A DNA stretch of 64,000 bases from a virus, in IMG/VR virus record IMGVR_UViG_3300022934_000004, one strand, 5' to 3'. The position numbers and the translations under genes were made by a program. Below the pieces are notes generated by a model, which was given only the letters and a program-made list of their open reading frames with translations, had not been told where the DNA came from and did no database searches. This document shows positions 58,101 through 64,000 of the stretch, in pieces. Numbering within the stretch: position 1 is the first letter of the stretch; the number at the start of each line of letters is the position of its first letter.

Positions 58101-60390
58101 ATATGAGCTAATTTCTGATCCTAATAGCGATTGGGATGTTAATGAAAGCAGATTTGATGTCATTAGAGTTGCAAAATATGATTCGGCTACTGGTACTTAT
58201 GATTTATTATTAGGAGGTCGAGCAGAAGATGTTAGCTTATTGACTGGAGATTCTGCACCATACACAGATCCGTCTACACCATTGGGTAGTACACCTGGAC
58301 ATGTTAGTTATGGTATTTATGAAAAAATTAAATTCGTAGACAGTAATTATAAAACTAGTACATTGTGGGCAAAGCAACTAAACTCACATATGGGATATAT
58401 TGAAGGTGTTACTACTCTATTGATTGAAGAATCGGATATGAGACCTTGGTGGTTTAATGAAACAGAATTTTTCCATAATGGCAATCATAGAGTGGTTGCA
58501 TTTGCAGATGGCCTAGGATTAGATAGTGATGCTAGTACTCTTAAAAGAAGTGATACCGCAATTTTTGGATTTAATGATAATGATGGTTCTTTATATTTTA
58601 GAAGCTCATTCGGCCATATGGGTGAAGATTATATAAACACTGATGTTGTATGGGATCATAATTTTAGAAACTTTGTTGTAGCTGGTGGATCTTCTTCTCA
58701 CTCTCCAGGTAAAGATGGAGTTTTATTTAGAGGTGATAAAGAAGGATTTGGGCAAGGTGTGTATCACACATCTTCTTCAACCTCAAATGCGTATTACTAT
58801 GATTCTGCACCTTTTTATGTTACAGATTGGACTTGGCCAAATGTAACTAAAGATAGTAACCCTGCGGCGCCAGACAGTATATTAGATGTTGATAGCTATA
58901 ATCCTTCTATGATTACATCAACATATAATAGTTTAGAATATAATGGATCATATGGTGCTAATGGATTGTTTACAGGTTTCTTAGGAATAGTTGATAAAGC
59001 AGATTTACAATCATTCTTAAACACTGACACATATAAAGAAAATGTAGCTAATGGTATTAGAGTACATAGAGCTAATGATTTATTTCAAATACACCAAGTA
59101 TCAACAGTTGGTGATGCTACTGCTGATGACGGAAACGTGTTTATGTATGACGTAATTAAATCTAAAGATGGTGAATATTATTATTTAGCAGGACAAACTT
59201 CAGGTATGATTGCTAAACAAAATACAGGTTTATCTGGTGTTTATGATTATTTCTTAGGCCAATGGGACATTGCATCAGAACAATTTAGATTTTGGCAAAA
59301 TGGAACAGCAGATGATGAAGAAATTTACGCTTTAACTGAATTGCGTGGAACATCTAAAGCTGTAACTAATCCTGAAGCTGAAAATAATGGCGCTAGCAAA
59401 GGAACTATTAGTTGGACGCCTTCAACCGCTGGTTCATATTTTTATCAATGTGGAAACCATCAAGGTATGAATGGATCATTGAATGTTACAGTAGGTGTTG
59501 GAGGAAACACATATAATATTGAAGTCTTATATACAAACGCGCCAGGCGCATTTAGATTTAGTGGATCTGATAGAAATGGAACTATTAATTCCAGTACAGA
59601 TAATCCTACAATTACTATACAAACAAATGATACAGTTGTCTTTACAGTAAATAACACTGGGCATCCATTCTGGATACAAACTGCAACGGGTACAGGTGGT
59701 GCTAAAAAAGGACACATAGCATTTTGTGGACGAACTACTGGTCAATTAGGAGATTCTGTAGATACGCCAACATTTGGAGGATATGATTTATTTTTAGGTA
59801 TATTTGATCCTAGGAATTGGGGAGCAGAATATTATAATATGGGGTCTGGATATAATGATAAAGCAATGAATGTTCATGATATAGATAGCACTATACCTAA
59901 TACATTAGCTTTAGTATACACAACTTTTGGATCTATGAATGGCGGCCCAACATTTGGATCAGAAGATATTGGAGTAATTACGTTTAATTATGATACTGAT
60001 GTTTGGAGTGAAGGATTTACAACCGGATCAGAAACTTCAGAAGAAATAGATCAAAATGGAAAACCTAGCACAAGACTAGCTGATGGAAGAATAGCAGTAG
60101 TTGCAAATAGTTCAGGTGCGTTCGCGGATGATGCTGTAACATTTGGATTAAAAGACATGGTTTTAGGCATCTTTGACTTTGATAGTGATACATTAAATGG
60201 TGGTTATAAAGGATGGAGAAAATATCAAGTTGGATCAGGTTCTTCTGATTTTTCTTATAGTGTTGATAATAATGGATCTTCACTACTTATAACCGGCTAT
60301 TCAGAAGCAACATGGGATAAAGAAGTGCATGGTGTTATAGTTGAATTTGACCCAGAAAGAAATGTGCTTGCAAAATCAAGCGGGAGTTAA
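55111..60390 (+). CDS. Large receptor-binding-like protein: beta-propeller (SBBP-like) repeats and two cupredoxin-like domains
   Basis: WGGTGDDF, AGQTSG..YDYFL, GRTTG..GGYDLFL; YYYVCVIHLAMYG and YFYQCGNHQGMNG. Confidence 0.7.
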   Translation: MTIANVTRAIALADDSDFLGLPVMHHISEQGYWYTYHPSDYDSNATLAGNSLTIYEWDSISSIASADQVSGFSNRIELDGTAAFIDESHGNGTLRYHGGCIVHIGAGVNDITNVSEDDAFFMGHIGTWGDDGPTNGGLLEDDAFYWDRFYQTTAGGDWNFYQYHKHLPSNYPKFDDGRLVFAADDYIRPADKQYGYLINVRASTGGRSYNVPLARIHTPSIGGAHNSHNDVTLPNASGVNFVNGGIISGGSNRFHAAYLDSNGSGDWNFYTRTYTSSSGSFTPEVNYGSYDLADPVNTPYAGGDAQAEGSLSQYPMRLSAGHAFGTKVYWPVLMNSTYKTFNVELYGNNANNRYYVAGEHRDDPDKLDYVAGGDFATMSQQPTIYLKVGDTIVFDATQSYQAHPMYVKDSLTNLQSTTQNVAAGSSGNGTATVTWDTTGLTPGDYYYVCVIHLAMYGKIVLEPSNGCVDAQIWSVTDANTISPGTLSRVDLPWRFTGRDDKPDILITSVGDKLYIAGGSARDGGLHLYSAEAIDSTGSFYDEGKIISTDSANPARLHGFKYNATNTKFYALASADGQANFKGLYSFDLAGGTFDGYEHLKWNDSGYFQDIGATTSGYIEYTHADAQYTAKTSIEPEGIPNGSSILRWDVASPQFFNRKEINTNSEEYLFQGIYLSDGRKALVGRIEGHVGNTGTEQTGDLLLTIVDNENNSISYSWGGTGDDFITGIIEDEENDRLVISGYAKGELGTKSNQWVHGWARRLRNTDNTAGITFTGIDIDQYGHYTLSANDNLNGDALLTCYNKNFDYLTTVAMSLGAESDNFSGVLTTANNKRLVTGGTKNLTLEKNAFVMNVDSDLTTVNWAKGFGSSTNYLTITDHCLIQNSGTEYAICFAQINTTVNQEDYQKEGVLFGVNTSNGSVIFQKSISGLVSSPSTQRWVSSITPGAPNTGTFFIAGASGIELSSPTRVYKTPFFAYGDINTGDVIQYIEDKWGANEASYELISDPNSDWDVNESRFDVIRVAKYDSATGTYDLLLGGRAEDVSLLTGDSAPYTDPSTPLGSTPGHVSYGIYEKIKFVDSNYKTSTLWAKQLNSHMGYIEGVTTLLIEESDMRPWWFNETEFFHNGNHRVVAFADGLGLDSDASTLKRSDTAIFGFNDNDGSLYFRSSFGHMGEDYINTDVVWDHNFRNFVVAGGSSSHSPGKDGVLFRGDKEGFGQGVYHTSSSTSNAYYYDSAPFYVTDWTWPNVTKDSNPAAPDSILDVDSYNPSMITSTYNSLEYNGSYGANGLFTGFLGIVDKADLQSFLNTDTYKENVANGIRVHRANDLFQIHQVSTVGDATADDGNVFMYDVIKSKDGEYYYLAGQTSGMIAKQNTGLSGVYDYFLGQWDIASEQFRFWQNGTADDEEIYALTELRGTSKAVTNPEAENNGASKGTISWTPSTAGSYFYQCGNHQGMNGSLNVTVGVGGNTYNIEVLYTNAPGAFRFSGSDRNGTINSSTDNPTITIQTNDTVVFTVNNTGHPFWIQTATGTGGAKKGHIAFCGRTTGQLGDSVDTPTFGGYDLFLGIFDPRNWGAEYYNMGSGYNDKAMNVHDIDSTIPNTLALVYTTFGSMNGGPTFGSEDIGVITFNYDTDVWSEGFTTGSETSEEIDQNGKPSTRLADGRIAVVANSSGAFADDAVTFGLKDMVLGIFDFDSDTLNGGYKGWRKYQVGSGSSDFSYSVDNNGSSLLITGYSEATWDKEVHGVIVEFDPERNVLAKSSGS

Positions 60391-60393
60391 TAA

Positions 60394-62769
60394 ATGGCAA
60401 TTTTAAATTTTCCACCTAATCCTAATAATGGTGATACATATAGCGCTAATGGGATTGATTACACATATGATTCTAATACAACATCTTGGCTTGTAGATGC
60501 TCCAGTAGGATACACTGGATCAAGAGGATTTACTGGATCTAAAGGAGCAGGATATACTGGATCAAGAGGTCTTTTAGGTTATGCGGGATCAAGAGGTTTT
60601 ACAGGATCTCGAGGCTTTACAGGTTCAAGAGGATTTACTGGATCTTCAAACTCACTTGGAATCATATATTATGTAGACACAACTACTACTAATACTGCGC
60701 AGGACACTGATGCAGGCCAAATGGTTTTTAATAATGCAACTTTTACTAGTGCCACTGAAATTGCTATTGATGCGTTTGATGATCTTAATAATAATCAAAA
60801 TGGTTATATTGACACATTTGATGATTTTGGTTCTAGTACAAATAGAGGTTACTTATATGTAAGATCTCTAGATGCGGCAGATAGTGGATTTATTATTTAT
60901 GAAGTTACTGGTAGTGTTGTTGCAACAGGTAGTGCTAGAAGATTAACTGTTACTGGTGTATCAGGCGGAGCAAACTGGCAAAATAATGATAAAGTACTTA
61001 TTAATTTTATTCATCAGGGGCAAACGGGATTTGTTGGATCACAAGGTAATATAGGATATACTGGATCAAGAGGATTTACAGGATCTCAAGGCGATACTGG
61101 ATTTACTGGATCTCAAGGTGTAAGAGGATTTACAGGATCTCAAGGGTTTCGCGGATATACCGGATCTAAAGGTGATAGAGGTTTTACTGGCTCTCAAGGT
61201 GATATAGGATATACAGGCTCCAAAGGAGATAGAGGATATACTGGATCAAGAGGTGATACTGGTTTTACTGGTTCTTTTGGTGATATCGGTTATAGTGGAT
61301 CGAAAGGTGATATTGGTTATACTGGATCGAAAGGTGACATAGGTTTTACAGGTTCACGAGGATTTACTGGATCTAAAGGATTTACAGGATCAAAAGGTGA
61401 TATCGGTTATACTGGATCTAAAGGTGATAGAGGATATACCGGATCAAAAGGGGATATCGGTTATACTGGTTCACGAGGATTTACAGGATCAAAAGGTGAT
61501 ATCGGTTATACTGGATCTAAAGGTGATAGAGGATATACCGGATCAAAAGGTGATGATGGTACATCTGTTACAATTGCTGGATCAGTAGCAGATGTTAATG
61601 TAAATCCTCCAAATAATCCTCAAACTACTTTAAACTCAGCTTTTCCTTCAGCTTCGGCTGGTGATGGTGTGGTTGATCAGGCAACCGGTAGTCTTTGGGT
61701 TTATGATGGGTCAACTTGGAATAATGTTGGTCAGTTCGTTGGTTATACTGGATCGAAAGGTGATCGAGGATATACGGGATCGAAAGGTGATATTGGTTAT
61801 ACTGGATCGAAAGGTGACAGAGGATATACTGGATCGAAAGGTGATCGAGGATATACAGGATCGAAAGGTGATCGAGGATATACTGGTTCACGAGGTTACA
61901 CTGGATCAAGAGGTGTAACTGGATTCACTGGATCAAGAGGTGTAACTGGATTCACTGGTTCTAAAGGTGACCAAGGTGTTCAAGGATTAGCTGGAGCAAA
62001 TGGATCAGGAGGAGGATATTTTGTTTATGTCGGTGAACAAGCAGGAACTTGGTCTCAATATTTAGCTTTCGGCGACGGTGATAATAGCACAGGTCGTGGC
62101 CCACCCGTTCCAGTGGATTGTAATCTTGATAGAGTTTCAGTTGTTAGTGCAGGTGCACCTACAGGCACAAATACTACGGTACAACTTTATAAAAATAATA
62201 GTTCAGTTGGTATGCCAACAATTACAATCAATGTAGGCTCGACTATCACTGTTTCTAGTAGTTTAAATATATCTGCAAACGCAGGCGATCATTTTAACGC
62301 TAGAAGAGTAAGTGGTGGTTATCCTACATATCCTAAAGTTACTTTTTCTTTTGCTCATGATGGTGTAAAAGGTTATACTGGATCAAAAGGAGATCGAGGT
62401 TATACGGGGTCTAAAGGTGATACTGGTTATGATGGATCTAAAGGTGATAGAGGATTTACTGGATCTCAAGGTGATAGAGGATATACTGGTTCAAAAGGTG
62501 ATACTGGCTTCACTGGATCAAAAGGAGATCGAGGATATACGGGCTCCAAAGGAGATCGAGGATATACGGGCTCAAAGGGAGATCGAGGTTATACTGGATC
62601 TAAAGGAAATCGAGGATATACAGGATCTAAAGGTGATAGAGGTTACACAGGATCAAAGGGAGATCGAGGATATACCGGATCTAAAGGTGATAGAGGTTAC
62701 ACAGGATCAAAAGGCGCAGATGGTGCAGGTATTGGTTTAGCAATCGCAATGGCGTTAATTTTTGGATAA
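60394..62769 (+). CDS. Collagen-like fibre protein
   Basis: Long Gly-X-Y tracts (GYTGSKGDR)n; C-terminal AIAMALIFG. Confidence 0.88.
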   Translation: MAILNFPPNPNNGDTYSANGIDYTYDSNTTSWLVDAPVGYTGSRGFTGSKGAGYTGSRGLLGYAGSRGFTGSRGFTGSRGFTGSSNSLGIIYYVDTTTTNTAQDTDAGQMVFNNATFTSATEIAIDAFDDLNNNQNGYIDTFDDFGSSTNRGYLYVRSLDAADSGFIIYEVTGSVVATGSARRLTVTGVSGGANWQNNDKVLINFIHQGQTGFVGSQGNIGYTGSRGFTGSQGDTGFTGSQGVRGFTGSQGFRGYTGSKGDRGFTGSQGDIGYTGSKGDRGYTGSRGDTGFTGSFGDIGYSGSKGDIGYTGSKGDIGFTGSRGFTGSKGFTGSKGDIGYTGSKGDRGYTGSKGDIGYTGSRGFTGSKGDIGYTGSKGDRGYTGSKGDDGTSVTIAGSVADVNVNPPNNPQTTLNSAFPSASAGDGVVDQATGSLWVYDGSTWNNVGQFVGYTGSKGDRGYTGSKGDIGYTGSKGDRGYTGSKGDRGYTGSKGDRGYTGSRGYTGSRGVTGFTGSRGVTGFTGSKGDQGVQGLAGANGSGGGYFVYVGEQAGTWSQYLAFGDGDNSTGRGPPVPVDCNLDRVSVVSAGAPTGTNTTVQLYKNNSSVGMPTITINVGSTITVSSSLNISANAGDHFNARRVSGGYPTYPKVTFSFAHDGVKGYTGSKGDRGYTGSKGDTGYDGSKGDRGFTGSQGDRGYTGSKGDTGFTGSKGDRGYTGSKGDRGYTGSKGDRGYTGSKGNRGYTGSKGDRGYTGSKGDRGYTGSKGDRGYTGSKGADGAGIGLAIAMALIFG
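61018..62730 (+). repeat. Degenerate 27/18-bp tandem repeats encoding collagen triplets (three tracts)
   Basis: ggatatactggatcNaaaggtgatNga-like units at about 61018-61560, 61741-61995 and 62362-62730. Confidence 0.85.
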
Positions 62770-62774
62770 GTATT

Positions 62775-63251
62775 ATGGTAGCAGGTGTATTAGATTTAGC
62801 AGCACTTACATCAGCAGGTGCGTATGATACGATAGAATTGCATACTGAGGTTGGAACTTTATCATCCAGTGCTACTATGACAATTTCTGCAACATCATCT
62901 AACGTTAATTATCATGAATTAAAAATTCTTCAAAGTTTGTACGTATGTAGTATAGATGCAAATAGTGATCCGCAGATTGCTCCTGGTTTAGAACTTGTAG
63001 AAGGATCTGTTGGTACTGAACATGTTACTAATACGGGCAATACAGGTTATTTTGTAAGGCCCGCTTTTTGGTTTGGATTTGGAGAAACTTGGCATTATGT
63101 AGATAAAGCAAAACCTATATATTTAGAATCAGATCCTACAAGTACTTCAGATTGGAAGCCTCTTCAACAAGCAATTATACGAAGATATGATGGATCAAGT
63201 GGAGATTTTGATATTATCGCATGTTATGCTCTTATAAGGAGATCTAAATAA
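62775..63251 (+). CDS. Small virion/fibre-tip protein
   Basis: Follows the collagen fibre; DKAKPIYLE. Confidence 0.55.
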   Translation: MVAGVLDLAALTSAGAYDTIELHTEVGTLSSSATMTISATSSNVNYHELKILQSLYVCSIDANSDPQIAPGLELVEGSVGTEHVTNTGNTGYFVRPAFWFGFGETWHYVDKAKPIYLESDPTSTSDWKPLQQAIIRRYDGSSGDFDIIACYALIRRSK

Positions 63252-63685
63252 TGGCTAATCCAGTTGATTTTTTAAATGTAAGTGAAATTGTTCCACATTC
63301 AAAAGATTTAAATATCACTTCAAATGGTGCTTGGAATATTTTAATTTCTGGTACCAATATGGGTAGTAATAATGATGGTGGTGCAGCGCGCAATGGCATG
63401 ACAACATCTTTAACTATTGAAAATCGTAGAGATTCAGATGCTACGTTTTCAATGAGAGTTTATGATGGTAGCACTCACCGAACAATGTTTAATAGAACAG
63501 GAATTGCTGGACATAGTGTATTACAAATTTTAGATAAACACACACCTGTTGTTATTGTGAGAGATAGTCCAGGGCAAGGTGCAAATTCCACTGGAATAGA
63601 ACAAATACAATTTAGACTAGATTCGGGAGTAACTAATCATTTAACAGCACAAGTTCAATACTTTTTATTTGATAGCGGGACTTAA
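63251..63685 (+). CDS. Small virion/fibre-tip protein (paralog)
   Basis: MANPVDFLNV; LDKHTPVVI. Confidence 0.55.
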   Translation: MANPVDFLNVSEIVPHSKDLNITSNGAWNILISGTNMGSNNDGGAARNGMTTSLTIENRRDSDATFSMRVYDGSTHRTMFNRTGIAGHSVLQILDKHTPVVIVRDSPGQGANSTGIEQIQFRLDSGVTNHLTAQVQYFLFDSGT

Positions 63686-63686
63686 T

Positions 63687-64000
63687 ATGACTTTAGTAAC
63701 TGGAACTAACAATTTTTTAGGTTTAACAAATATAAGAAGAATATCTTCGACTGGTCAAGGTAATGTTTCATCTTATGCAGATATAATATCAAATCCAAAT
63801 GGATCGGGTAAAACATTTGCTGTTAATTTTGTAGGTATTTCAAACACAGGAGCATCTGAAAACGCACAATATAGAATTTATCAATCGACAGGCAGTACTA
63901 ATTATATGATGATGCAAATGACAATAACTAGAGGTATAATGAATCCTATTTTTACTAATGAAAATCCCTTTTATTTATTTCCAAATGATAAACTAAGACT
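63687..64000 (+). CDS. Third paralog, truncated by the window end (not in ORF track)
   Basis: MTLVTGTNNFLGL...NENPFYLFPNDKLR, open to the end. Confidence 0.6.
   Translation, partial: MTLVTGTNNFLGLTNIRRISSTGQGNVSSYADIISNPNGSGKTFAVNFVGISNTGASENAQYRIYQSTGSTNYMMMQMTITRGIMNPIFTNENPFYLFPNDKLR

Noticed and set aside
60500-62730. CRISPR array or DGR-like repeats
   Set aside because: The repeats are in-frame collagen codons with synonymous variation; there are no spacers, reverse transcriptase or adenine-specific variation.
130-62740. Numerous short antisense or alternate-frame ORFs in the track (e.g. 12792, 13521, 49865, 61397-62740)
   Set aside because: They are shadows of long conserved genes or repeats, with no RBS or motifs.
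1-64000. tRNAs, introns, inteins, homing endonucleases, stop-codon recoding
   Set aside because: No cloverleaf or splicing motifs recognised; core genes are intact, and TAA, TAG and TGA are all used as stops.

Overview
A 64-kb segment of a low-GC, T4-like (myovirus) phage genome. The gene content looks like marine/aquatic non-coliphage T4 relatives; the host cannot be identified from this window. Layout: (i) 1-5.5 kb, a modification-enzyme cluster (sulfotransferase, radical SAM plus separate SPASM gene, carbamoyltransferase, two SGNH-like proteins); (ii) 5.9-11.1 kb, small early genes behind sigma70-type promoters, two with IHF-like sites; (iii) gp33 and gp32; (iv) a minus-strand block: tape measure, gp51, gp26, gp54, gp2, sulfotransferase, gp4; (v) a plus-strand late baseplate block: gp48, gp53, hub, a three-gene gp5, gp25, gp6, gp7, gp8, VrlC-like, with TATAAATA late promoters; (vi) five glycosyltransferase-like and two methyltransferase-like genes inside the fibre module; (vii) very large fibre/receptor-binding proteins with beta-propeller, LamG, C1q, cupredoxin-like and collagen domains. 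Main hypothesis: a phage-encoded virion glycosylation system. Outer baseplate and fibre proteins are strongly enriched in an Asp-Ser (DS) dipeptide, which is absent from gp6 and uses both Ser codon families, and they flank the glycosyltransferase cluster. Other notable signals: a probable -1 frameshift fusing gp26 to gp51 (lambda G/GT-like), a split gp5 with two peptidoglycan hydrolases, a circularly permuted cupredoxin domain, and a candidate radical-SAM substrate peptide. All family calls come from motif recognition by eye and all counts are manual. No tRNA, rRNA or CRISPR array was seen.
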